Part shown: positions 1 through 12,359 of the stretch, one piece after another
How the letters are laid out: each line of letters starts with the position of its first letter
How positions within the stretch are numbered: position 1 is the stretch's first letter
From: Amoebidium appalachense
Lineage: Eukaryota; Protista; Ichthyosporea
Reading direction: 5' to 3'
Assembly: GCA_963693365.1 (NCBI GenBank)
Contig: CAVNZM010000002.1
Span: 15,471,615 to 15,535,614 of the forward strand
DNA: 64,000 bases
Position numbers and translations under genes: made by a program
The notes under the pieces: model-generated
Database searches by the model: none
The model's input: the letters and a program-made list of their open reading frames with translations, nothing else
What the model was told of the DNA's origin: nothing

Positions 1-181
1 GGACACGTACGAGGAGGGGCTGAGCCTGTCTATTGCAGCAGGCAGGCACGGTGCCCGTCTGACTCACAGCCACGAGAGGCAGTACCACTATGTGCTGCAG
101 AGTCTGACCCTGTGGAGGGAGATATTGCATGACTTCTTCAAGCTGTGGTACCTGGCTGGTAAATGCCTGCCTGTATCTGAT

Positions 182-216
<35 letters not shown>

Positions 217-217
217 G

Positions 218-259
<42 letters not shown>

Positions 260-598
260 TGTCTTATGATCCAACGTTCGGTACTCACTCTTGTTTCTTT
301 TCAGTTCCTTTTTCATTTCTCCTTCTTCTTCTCGTCCTTCTCTTCCCCCCCCCCCCCCCCCCCCCCCCCTTTTTCTTTCCCCTTATATCCCTCCCGGCTT
401 CATAACTTCAGTCTTAGCCCTTCTACTTACTGGCACACCCCTACGTTAAGCTTGCACCTACACAAAAGACACGCTCAACTCGCTCCTTGAGGCACACGAA
501 TGCACACGTGCACACACACGCACACGCTCCCTCTCTCTCTCTCTCCCCTCTGCCCTCTCTCCCCACTCTCTCTCTCTCCCCCCACCCCCCCCCCTTTC

Positions 599-634
<36 letters not shown>

Positions 635-645
635 CCCCCCCCCCC

Positions 646-676
<31 letters not shown>

Positions 677-1631
677 GTCTGTCTCTCTCTCTGTGTGTGT
701 GTGTGTGTGTGTGGCTCTCTCTCTCTTCACCTATCCCCCTCTCTCACACACACACGAGATACTCACCCACGTCACCCCCCTCTCATATTTTCCCCTCTGG
801 TTGCGAATTCTGCGGCCTTCGGGACTTATTTCTTTTCAGCTGGTGTAGTATGTTAGCCAGGGAAGTATCGACTTAGGTATCGACGGGGGAGCTTCCTAGA
901 AGCCCCGTCTCCTGAGTTCCTATCTATATTTTTCTTGCTTCTGCTTACTGCTGCAACTTTAACCCCCGGCCTTTCCCACTGCCCTTGCCTTGCATAAGCA
1001 ACCCTGCTCGTCTCTGATCAAGACGGGTGACCTCCCCATGTTGAAGTGAAACAGTATCTGAGTTGGGTTTCGTTAACGAGGTGAATAGGTCGAAACTCGG
1101 GTACTGTGGATGACGTGGGCCCCCCCTGAGGATGGGCTCTGCTTATTATGCATACTCTTTATGTATGGCTTGCATTCTGCATCGTGTTATCCGTTTGTTC
1201 TTGTGTACTTCGTACTTTTTGACGCATTCAAACCCCCCCCCCCCCCCCCCTCCCCCCCCAGAGGATGATCTTCTCAGCAGCACCAGCCCCTACCGTCTTC
1301 GTGACACAGGCCAGGGCCTTAACCGTGTGCAGGCCTGCCCCCAGACCTCACGGCTCATGCACCGCATACTGCACAAGGCCCAGTCCAAGGTGGCCAACTG
1401 GGTCGGGTCCAGCGTCATACACATGGGCGACCACAATGTGCCAAACGCACTCATGTTCATCGACAAGGTGTGTGCGTGGTGCTTGTGGATGGGCAGTGCT
1501 TGCATGAGGGAATATGTGTTGCTTGGGACAGGGATATGGGCTGGAATGAGGGGAAGAATGAGGTTATGAACTGCGGGTGGTGTATTCGCTACGTGGCGAG
1601 AACAGCAGGGACAGGTTTTTTTTTTTTTTTT

Positions 1632-1662
<31 letters not shown>

Positions 1663-3309
1663 GGGGGAGGGGGGGGATGGCAAAACGTTTGCCTCGTCCG
1701 GGGGTGTGGCTGTAACAATTCTTGCTCTGAATGATCATGAGTTTTATGATAGGAGGAATGATGTGCATACAGTACAGTGCCCACTTACGATTGCAATGTG
1801 ACACACTACGCCATTGCACGCATAACAAAGCACCTGAATATTTACACATTATCCCACATATGGCATGGCTTACTATTCTCATGTCTTCGCATAACACATC
1901 CACCTGCACTTGCCCATCATCTGCCGCATTTGCACACAGTACCCACACGTATATTCACGTTGCATATTTGCATATGCAAACATCACCCACTTGTCGATGC
2001 ATACAGTACTTTACTAACCTCTCCATGCATACAGTACCTACTCGTACATTCACGTTGCATATTTGCATATGCAAACATCACCCGCTTGTGCATGCATACA
2101 GTATTAACCTCTCCATGCACACAGTACCTACTCGTACATTCACGTTGCATATTTGCATATGCAGACATCACCCGCTTGTGCATGCATACATTATTAACCT
2201 CTCCATGCACACAGTACCTACTCCTATATTCACGTTGCCTATTTGCATTTGCAAACAGTACCCACTTGTGCATGCATACAGTACTAACCTCCCCATGCAC
2301 ACAGCACCTACTCGTATATTCACGTTGCATATTGGCATATTTCACGTTGAATATTTGCAGATGCAACAAGAAACTTAATGGCTGCGCCATATCGTTATCG
2401 CCCAGCCTCGGTCGCCCCCCAGGGCGAGCGAACTGACGTCACTGACCAACACGATACATAACACGATGCCGGCCAGATTCACATAGAGGTCACGTGTGCT
2501 GGTGGACCGGTGATGAAACGGGACGCCGCGCTCCAGCGCATGCAATTGTTCGACCCAGGGTTTTGATTGGCGCTATATTTTTTGCAACCTGATTGGATGA
2601 GGATAAAAACTCGCTTTGTGATTGGTTGCTGATCTCCGGATGATCTTTATCCGCCAGCTTAGTCCTTCCCCCCAAACCCCCTATCCCCTCCAACCTATCC
2701 TCGGCCGACCGAGGCTGGGAAACAGTACCCACTTGTGCATGCATACAGTAGTAACCTCCCCATACACACAGTACCTACTCGTATATTCACGTTGCATATT
2801 TGCATATTTCACGTTGCATATTTGCATATTTATGCAAACAGTACCCACTTGTGCATGCACACAGTACTAACCTCTCCATGCACACAGTACCTACTCGTAT
2901 GTTCACGTTGCTTATTTGCATATGCAAACAGTACGTATACCCACTTTGTGCATGCACAGAGTACTAATCCCTCCGTGCACACAGTACACACAGGTAGCAC
3001 GGATCCTAGGCCCCATTGTGTCGACACTACGGCACCTGGACAGCAACATGAGCAGCAGGCCCGGTGTGACCGAGTACCTGGAGGGCACCTTTGGGGGCCC
3101 AGACAGGGCCAAGAAGATCATCCTTGCTGACTTCTTCCGCCATGGCTTCGATGGCTCCGGCGCAGGTTGCTTTTCCCCCCTCCCTCCCTCCCCCCCCCCC
3201 TCCCTCCTCCCCAAAAAAAAAAAGAAAGAAAGAAAGAAAAGAAAAGAAAATCTGTGAGCCATACACGCTCACCCACTAACGCACAGGCGCGCACGCACAA
3301 ACGTTTGCG

Positions 3310-3344
<35 letters not shown>

Positions 3345-3764
3345 CACTACATAATGGATAGGTTTAGGAACAGCATCCCTGTTCCCAGTCTGACCACCAT
3401 TATTACAAGCGCCTGCAAAAATATCATACAATTTTAGCTCACCTTCACCCACTCCTCGACATAACTACCCCCCCCCCCCCCCCCCCCCTTGACCCGTCTT
3501 GCAGCAGCAGAACCGTATTGATTTCACACGCCATCCCCGTTTAGCCACAAAAGCTCTAAACCCCCTCCCCTCCCCCCCCCCCATCATCACAACCACCACA
3601 CACACACACACACACACGGCATATTCACCGCCACTACCATTCACTTAAAAGGCACACTGCCTGCGCATTCCCCCCCCCCCCCCCCCCTTTACCACCAGGC
3701 TTCGTCGTTGTCAAAAACTAACCATATCCGTCACACCTTTTGCCTCCCCCCCCCCCCTTCCCCC

Positions 3765-3828
<64 letters not shown>

Positions 3829-3962
3829 ACTTCTTTGATGCCGGATCATGTATTGATGGCCGGTTGACGTCAGCCTGGAACTGGTGCTCCAAGATTGATC
3901 GCAAGCCCTACTACCCCATTTTCCTGCTGGCTGGATTCACTGGCTTCGACGGCCAGTTCTAA
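1..3962 (+). CDS. DUF2009 / UPF0652 family protein, 5'-incomplete, last 4 exons
   Basis: Exons <1-158, 1262-1467, 2985-3165, 3826-3962 join in frame with GT-AG ends. They give [128 protein letters not shown], the recognisable DUF2009 C-terminal motifs. Confidence 0.9.
781..1232 (+). mobile_element. Poly(C)-associated Penelope-like retroelement 3' fragment, copy A (DUF2009 intron 1)
   Basis: Near-identical to 13461-13912. Preceded by C6 and followed by a C tract that runs into the exon-2 acceptor; ends ...GACGCATTCAAA. Confidence 0.8.
1051..1140 (+). ncRNA. Candidate hammerhead ribozyme with permuted strand order (copy A)
   Basis: ACAGTATCTGAGT(1051-63)/ACTCGGGTACTGT(1095-1107) stem III; GUU triplet 1062-64; GGG(1065-67)/CCC(1123-25) stem I; GAAA 1092-95; CTGAGGA 1126-32; GGTC(1088-91)/GGCT(1135-38) stem II. 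The same motif is at 13729-13818(+), 17554-17643(-), 51567-51656(-), 57963-58052(+) and 63425-63517(+). Confidence 0.6.
1930..2984 (+). repeat. ~90-bp tandem minisatellite in DUF2009 intron 2, interrupted at ~2370-2719
   Basis: Unit ..TA(C/T)TAACCTCTCCATGCACACAGTACCTACTCGTACATTCACGTTGCATATTTGCATATGCAAACATCACCCGCTTGTGCATGCATACAG recurs at 2011, 2101, 2191, 2281 (period 90) and again at ~2750, ~2865, ~2962. Confidence 0.9.
2401..2719. mobile_element. Non-coding insertion with 14-bp terminal inverted repeats (MITE-like)
   Basis: CCCAGCCTCGGTCG (2401-2414) and CGACCGAGGCTGGG (2706-2719) are perfect reverse complements. The insertion interrupts the minisatellite; no TSD is visible. Confidence 0.6.
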
Positions 3963-4260
3963 TCAACCCCCCCCCCCCCCCCCCCCCCCCCCCTTCTTTC
4001 CCCTCCGCGCGCGCCGAAACACTCCCAGTGCGAACCCCCCACCCAGAAATTTAACCCTACGTCTACTAAACTTTCGAGAGTGATCCCTTTAAATCTACCA
4101 TTACCACACCTACTACACAAGGCACACACATACACAAACACCTTCCACAACCACACGCACCACCACCAGCACCACCACGAGTATTGATTTCCCCCTCCTC
4201 CCTCCCCCGTCCCTCTCTCTCTCTCCCCCCCCCCCCTCCCCCCCGCGTCCTCCCCCCTCC

Positions 4261-4310
<50 letters not shown>

Positions 4311-5949
4311 TGTGGACCTTTCACGAATCCCTAGTAAGTTGTAGTGTAAAAAAGCGGACAACGGATTATCCTCAAACCTAGCACACATGTGCACACATGT
4401 ACATGTAAACGGTATGCACGTATTGTATTGTTTGTTCGGCAGTGCCGACATATGAAGCGCCTTTTTAATTCTTCAAATAAATGGACATACATGTGTACAA
4501 TTAAGTAAATGTAAGGTAGCCCATGGATTGGTAGTTTTTCCATAGATGTAGAGGCAGTACACACGTGGCACTGTACACTGTAAGGCCCGTGCGTACGTGT
4601 ATATGTACAGATGTGTGCGGAAGTTGTGTACACATGCATGTTTTCGTGATCGATGCTTCGTCGGCCTGGTCATGTAGGCGCTCTTGATTGTTGTAGGGGC
4701 CACGCGGACTCACGCCGTGTGTCATAAATGATTCGTGATTGTCTTCTCTCCGCCCAGGAGTTTCGCGTGAAGCCTGGTGAAACGGCACACATCGAGGGGG
4801 TCCAGTGACTCGCCTCAACTGGTGCGAAGGACACTCGGGAATCTCGGAGGACAGCGAAGGTCAGGCGTGATTGGCCGAAGCTCGTAGAATTCCACCGATC
4901 ATGAGCTGTGAGCCTGTCGTGCGGCTGTGCCCTTGGGAGTTGGGACCATTTTTTATTTCAACGCGTGTTTATTGCCTACTATTATTAACTTATTGCCTGC
5001 CAGTGCTGACCCGATATATGCCACGTACCCACATAATATTAATAACTAATAACTGAATGTATCAAAGCGTCAGATGCGCCAGCTAGATATTTTTTTTATT
5101 GCGCCGCGCCGCGCGCGCGAGCCAAACGCCGTTTGTGATTGGCACATTTTACTAAGCTCATCATGTCATGCACGAAATAATTTTCGAACCATGTATGTAC
5201 GGTAGCTATAGCCAAATATGTACAGTACACGGCGGGGGTGAAGTTGCATGGTATTTAATTAATAAGAGGAAATATTTAAAATTTTCAAATGCATTGTGGC
5301 AAAAATAATCGTAAGTCGCAGGGAAAGGAATCAAAATTTGGACACGTAAATTTGGGTTTGTGCTGATATTTGTTTATCTTATGATGTACATGTGGTTTGT
5401 ATGGAGTATAGGGTGTACACACTCTTCTATTCAATACAAATCAATACAAATAGCTGAAACACAGCTAATCGTATACCACATATCGTACATCTCATTGCAC
5501 ACACTTACACAGTTGAGAAAAGAGTAAGCGGAAGGGCAAAGTTGTGCCGTGTACTACACTGTAATACTCGTTGATGAAAAAGTTTAACGCTCTATTCCTG
5601 CTTTTATTTGCTGTTTTTAAACTACGTGCACATTGAATGTGAACTGCACATCACTCGTAGCCCTCGGCATCATCTTGCTCTTTACGAGTTGATCTTGCCT
5701 GCTCATCCGAGTATCAGCCTGCCTCAGAGCAGATCCATGTGCAGCAATTGGACGTTTGGATAACCACTGAGCGTATGAAAGCACTTTCGAAATCATTGAG
5801 TCCTATACGCAAAGGTCAAAGCAAGCCATTTCAGTGGATAACACGTGTGCACGTGTTTCGTTTCCTTCTAGAAGAGGAAGGGATCCATTCTGCAACCTTC
5901 CTGTAACTTCCTTCAAGATCCTTCCACCTTGACGTGCCAGACTTGCACA

Positions 5950-7354
5950 ATGCAGACCAACACGCACGACGCAAAGGTGAGCCAAAGCCTAGAATATTTA
6001 TGTGGGGTATGTTAAGGGTGCAGATGTGCCAGGAACGAGCACTCTGTGACATATAACACAAGCACACGGACAGAACCTTACTCACATGCACACACGGCAT
6101 ATAGGAAAAAACACACTCTCAAACACAACTACACACTATAATGCACACGCCACACATACACAAACACGCACACAAGCGCGCACACACACACGTACACACA
6201 CGCACACAAGCACACACGCTCTCCACACATCTACTCACAAAGTAAGCGAAAAAAAGCACGACCTTGCAAAATTGCAACACCCTGCATACCTTCTGTCAGT
6301 AACGAACCTCCAATATTGAGCCCCTTCACCCCCCCCCCCCTCCCCCCCTCCCCCCTTCCCCCTCCAACACACACACACACACACACACACACCACGGTCC
6401 CCACTTTCGAACCCATTTTACTTTACGGACCCAAAAAACTAGGTCAAAGCTCAGATAAAAGTGGTTTCCACGGTTGTGACATGCACTTCATTTTGCCACA
6501 ACACATACACATACACGCATACCCTCACAGACATCCATATACACGCACACACAGTCACAAACCGGCACACATACCCGCGCACATGCATGCACACATGCAC
6601 ACGCACGCACGCACATACACACACAAGCACAAAAGTTCGCACCCACCCACACACACACCACATTAACAAATAAATACACACACACATACGACACACAATG
6701 TCCGCAGACAAGCACACACACACACACACAGTGAGGTGCTCGCGCACACACCCACACCGTGGCGCTTACACTCAATCACACATGCACCCACACACACTCA
6801 CGTGCTCACTTACTCATTCATTCTCTCACTCTCACTCACAAGAACAACCCCCCCCTCCCCCCTCCCACCTTCCACCTTTACACACCCTCCAACCCAATTC
6901 CAATGCAGAAATGCTTAAATTAACGCTAACCATTATGTAGTAAACCCGGTAATTCACATAACTGACAACGGGCCAATCACAGGAGGGCAAGGAGCCTCAG
7001 GGCCTTTGGAAGCGACTCAAAGGGTCTATTGGTCTGAAGTCTAAAAATAGAATCGAGGATCTGGCTGCTTCTAGCACACTCCCGTACGTACCCCCCTCCC
7101 TCCCCCCCCCCTCCCCCCATCCACCTCCACCCCCCCCACACCCACCCCACCACTTCACCCCCTCCCCCCTCCTTTTGTAGGCAATGAAAGAAAAGGAAAA
7201 GAAAAGAAAGAAGGACTGAAAGAAGAAGAGAAGCAAAAACGTTTTAACGGCGTTTGGGTCCTCAATTCTCTTTCCTCGTTTTTCTTCGGTGTTATTGCCT
7301 GTTGCGGTCACCTCTCTCCTGGTTCTAATAAGAATCGTTTCCCCTTTCTGCAAC

Positions 7355-7408
<54 letters not shown>

Positions 7409-8440
7409 ACACACACACCCACACCCACACCCACACCCACACACACACAATTTGGATGTGATTGTGTTTTTTTGCTCTTCGTATTTGACAGAGAGAAGTT
7501 GACTTGCTTACTGCCGATGAAGCAGATGGTTGGCTGGAACTCATGCATTTGAAGTTACAAGGCCGAAACCACTAATTTGTGGATACACGTTTTCTGTTTT
7601 ATTTTTGTGTTTCTTTTGTATAGCCTCCATTTTTCCATCCCTAACACATATCCCTCCTCCTCCCTCTCCCCCCCCCCCCCCCCCTCCCCCCACCCCTCTG
7701 CCTCCCCCTCTCCCCTCCCCCCCTCCCCCTCCAACCCACCCGCCCGCCTCACCCCTTCCCCCCTCTGGGAAAACCACAGGGCTTGCAATAGTCTTCCATC
7801 TCTCCCAACTGAAGGCGGTTTCCAAGCCAACCCTCTCTATCTTCGCACATCTGTCCGCAAAAAGAAGGAAAAGATTCTCAAGACGGTCTACTCCTCGCAC
7901 TACGAGAAAGGAAACATGGCATGGAATCTCGTTTCTACCGGCGCGTGCGTGAGCGTAGACGATGCAATGGCCCAACTGACCACTCCCGAAACGGGAAAAA
8001 ATGCCGGAAAAGGTAAAGTTGCCCCGGTGGGAGCCAGTAGAATCATGGTTGTCACGGATGCCGCTGAGTGGAGAATGCAACTTATGGAAACGAGAGTTAC
8101 ATCGCAAGATTTGGAGGTTTTGAACGAATATAAGGCGCAGGAGAGGGCGAAAATTATCGAATTTCTGCAAAAACGTGACGATTCGGATGATGATTCCGAC
8201 ACCGCCAGCCTCATGAGCTATGAGGAGTTGGCTAATCGGATCTCCGAATTTTCGTTCGACCATTCGGAGCAGCATGCAAAATCCGGTAATGATGCTTCCG
8301 TAGAAATCGAATATTCGACTGGCAGCCCGATTGTTACCCCCTCCTTGGGATTTGCTGAGCGTCCGGGGTCGTTCCGTATGAGGGGGGATGCAAGAAAAAA
8401 GCATCAAGGCCCAACGGTCGATTGGAAATTTGGATGTTAA
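5950..8440 (+). CDS. Hypothetical protein (orphan, spliced)
   Basis: Long non-repetitive terminal exon 7780-8440 (ACNSLPSLPTEGGF...VDWKFGC*) joins in phase with exon 6983-7083, which has a CTGAC branch-like site upstream. Tentative upstream exons are 5950-5976 and 6443-6472. No family recognised. Confidence 0.5.
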
Positions 8441-8842
8441 GGAGCAAGGCGGAAGAAGTAAGAGCCCACTCTCTCGAAGGAAGTAGAACACGTGTTCCAT
8501 TGTGCCAACCTTTCTATCTTCCTGTTACCTAGCATACATTTATTGTATCCTATGTGCTCACATCTACCATAATGTTTCCTCCCAGCAACTATTGTTATAC
8601 ATATATTTTTGGCATGTTAACTTTGATCAATGTGCCCCAAAGTTGATACAAGCAGTTTAGGCACAAAGAAAAGAAAATACTACACTCAGGGATAGGGTTA
8701 AATGGTCGTTTTGTATTGCTACTTACGTGACGTGGCATGCGACCCACGAGCACACACCGTCATACACCCACACAGACACACATACTCTTTGCCACTAAAG
8801 CAAGTGCGCATACACAAGCACACACACACACACACCCACGCG

Positions 8843-8906
<64 letters not shown>

Positions 8907-11436
8907 GTGACCCACACAGACACACATACTCTTTGCCACACAAGAGCACGTGCGCATACACAAGCACACACACACACACACACACACAAGCACACAAGCA
9001 CACACACAAGCACACACACACACACGCACACACACACACACTTGCCTGTGTCGATTCCGACAACTTCATGTGGTTTCCGTGCCCGTTCCACACATACACA
9101 TGATAATGATCGATCGTCTCCTATGTTGCATCTGAGGAACGATAAATAAGTATCAGCTTTTTTTAAAAAAAAAATGATTTGTGTAATTAATCTAAAAACA
9201 GATAAATGTAAAGAACTTAAGCCGAGCGAATCAGATGAATAGGATATGCATAAGGCGCCGCAGATTGAATCAAATAATACCCTGTGGAAAACAGATAAGC
9301 ACACGTCACTTTATTGAGTTATAAAAATATCGGTTTGCCCAGACTAGCCGCTGTGGCACGGTGTACACGTGTAGGCCTTGGCTGCATGTATTTGGGTGTG
9401 TGTATGTTTGGGGGTTGACTCAACGGTGGTGGTGGTGGGTGGGTGTGTCTGTATGTGTGTGTGTGTGTGTGTGCGCGCGCGCGCGTGTGTCCGTTTTGTG
9501 TGTGTGTGTGTGTGGGTGGGTGGGTGGGTGGGTGGGTGGGGGGGGGGGGGGGGGGGGGGGGGGGGGGCTTTCTTTCAGTTTTTATTTAAAAAAATCTGAC
9601 TCACTGTGGTGGACATATATGTGGGGTTGTGCACCGTGCGCGTGACCATCTTTGCCGTCAAAAACATAAACATCAAGGCGTCATTGAAATGCTGTCAGAG
9701 TGCAGGTGTGGCTCCATTCTAAAAGGATCCAAGAGGGAATGTACTATCATGGTATTGGCACAAGATTGCATCATCGTAACAAACTCTCCTGTGCCTCCAA
9801 TCTCGTTCCGTTTCCTTACCTCCCCCCCCCCCCCCCCCCCCCCCCCCGGCCCTCTCTTCGGATCCCTCCCCCCCCCCCCCCTCCCTGAGAGGCCTCTCTC
9901 TCTCTACGTAAACTTGTGCACACGGACCCCCCCCCCCCCCCCCTCCCTCTCCCCTCCCTGGCCTCCCCCCTCCCTCCCCTTCCCCCCCCCCCCCCCCCCC
10001 CCCTCCCATTCCTGGCATTGTCCCCCCACCCCGCTAATCCTAGGCCTTCCGAATCTTCCGAACTTTCAACCTCCCCCCCCCCCCCCCCCCCACCCCCTCC
10101 CTTCCCCCCCCCCCCCCCCCCCCCCACATGTACACATGTCACACAAACACACACACACCCCACCAGGGCCATCCCAAGCCTTAAGTTAGGCCCCTACACA
10201 AACACGCACAAACACCTACCCACCTTCTCTTTCTTAGCCTACGGTGAGGCGAGTATGCTAATGCATAAATTTACAAGATGGGACGTGAATCTCGTAGTCA
10301 GTAGAGATCTAGATTCATGTACATATGAATGTCTTCAGCATGAACTTCGCAGGCCGAACAACGAGACGTCGACTTCAATAATCCGCCATACTATAATAAT
10401 GCATATGCTGTTCAACTTGGTGTAATAAACATCATCGATCAACTATCATTATCAGATGTGCCGTCGACAGTGTCCCAAGGCGCGATGATTGGTTTCGCAA
10501 TGTACGTCCCTTTGGGCGTTTGTTACCCTCTTTAAATCGCGGACGCATGGGGAGGGGGGGGGGAAGGGGGGGGTAACACCGATGATATTACTCGTGACCG
10601 TGGCTATCTCATCAATGTTGAATACCGGGGTGTCCACTCATGCCCGTAGTGACTGCCGAGTAAAATGCGCACACGTGCAAATCTGATTTCTGATCATTCT
10701 GGATCAGAGAGTCTTGATTTCCGAGAATTATCGTATAGAATCGGGGTGGGCAGGCATGTTAGGGGTAGCAGTGTAGAATCTTAGGGTTGTTTCCTCGTTG
10801 CAGAGTTCCATTTTCTTCTTCTCTCCCCCCCCCCCCCCCCCCCCCCCCCCCCCTTCTTCCCTCTCTCTTCTCCTCGTGCTTGGCCTCTTTCCTTGGACAC
10901 GGTGGAAGGTGTGAGGGGGAGGAGGAGAACACTGGGGGGGGGAGGGAGGGGGAGGGAGGGAGGGGGGAGGGGGGGGGGGGGAGGCGGGAAGGAACTGTAC
11001 GTGTGCATGGAATAGGCCATCCACCTCATGATTATCTGTTGCCTATGCGCATATGCCCGATAGGTTTTGGCGCAAAAAAAAAAAAGCTTTCATATTAAAA
11101 CAACTAAAAAAGTAGGAAGATTCACTTCCGCACATACTTGTACCAGTGTGTGGAGCACATGCTCTTAGACGGCGATATCACGGCGAAAACCGGGACCATG
11201 AGCTTTTGAACGTACGGTATGTATAATCCCGTGCTAGGGACACATTCTGAAGGGTGCAAGTTGAGCTGAGTATGAACAAGTTGTTGCTACAAGTTGAGTA
11301 TGAGCGTCGTAGAAAAAGCTTGAATAGTATGTGGAATCTCGTAGTTTTGGCCGGTAGCATTTACCGTCACCACACAATGCATGCGATCATGTGGGTTACA
11401 GTAAGTTGACTTCTTTTTTTTTTGGCTTAGTTTGAA

Positions 11437-11811
11437 ACACACAAACGCACACACGCACACACGCACACACACACACGCACACACGCACACACACACCCGC
11501 ACGCACGCACACACGCACACACACACCCGCACGCACGCACACACGCACACACGCACACACACACCCGCACGCACACACACACCCGCACGCACGCACACAC
11601 GCACCCGCACGCACGCACACACGCACACACACACCCGCACGCATGCACACACGCACGCACGCACGCACACACACACATGCACGCACGCACACACGCACAC
11701 ACACGCATGCACGCACGCACGCACACGCACGCACGCACACACGCACACACACACACGCACACACACACGCACACACACACACGCGCGCGCGCACGCACGC
11801 ACGCACGCACA

Positions 11812-11843
<32 letters not shown>

Positions 11844-12032
11844 CACGCGCACACACACACGCACACACACACACGGACGCACGCACACACACACACGCAC
11901 GCATGCACACACGCACACACACGCACGCACGCACACACGCACACGCACACGCACACACACACACGCACACACGCACACGCACACGCACACACGCACACGC
12001 ACACGCACACACACACACACGCACACGCACGC
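11437..12032. repeat. ~600-bp compound (CA)/(CACG) microsatellite
   Basis: Continuous CACA/CACG/CGCA units; source of many spurious HT/CV ORFs. Confidence 0.9.
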
Positions 12033-12249
12033 ACAAAGTACACATGCGCACACTCAGCCACGTGCATCCAAACCCCTTGCACGAGGCCCTCATGCTGTGG
12101 CATACTCATCTTCGATGATGACTGAGAAACCGAGCGAAAAACTCTTCCCGAATTCGTCCAACAGAAGTTACTGTCGAAAAAACGTAAAAATATTCCACCT
12201 TTGTTTGCCCATTCAAGTTGTGAGCCCGACCCGGAAGTCCCCCCCCCAG

Positions 12250-12292
<43 letters not shown>

Positions 12293-12320
12293 CCCCTCCC
12301 TCCCTCCCCTCCCTTCCCTC

Positions 12321-12359
<39 letters not shown>

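Noticed and set aside
1109-1132. ATGA...TGAG / CTGATGA motifs read as a SECIS element or C/D box snoRNA
   Set aside because: Spacing and apical AA do not fit SECIS, there is no terminal C/D arrangement, and N7 variation plus GAAA and NUH fit a hammerhead core better.
1731-2436. Repetitive 215-219 aa ORFs that might suggest a repeat protein or CRISPR-like array
   Set aside because: These are contiguous 90-bp tandem units with no unique spacers, inside a spliceosomal intron; no cas genes.
7541-8500. 319-aa minus-strand ORF
   Set aside because: Antisense shadow of the plus-strand exon, which has phase-compatible splice sites; it runs into G-tract sequence.
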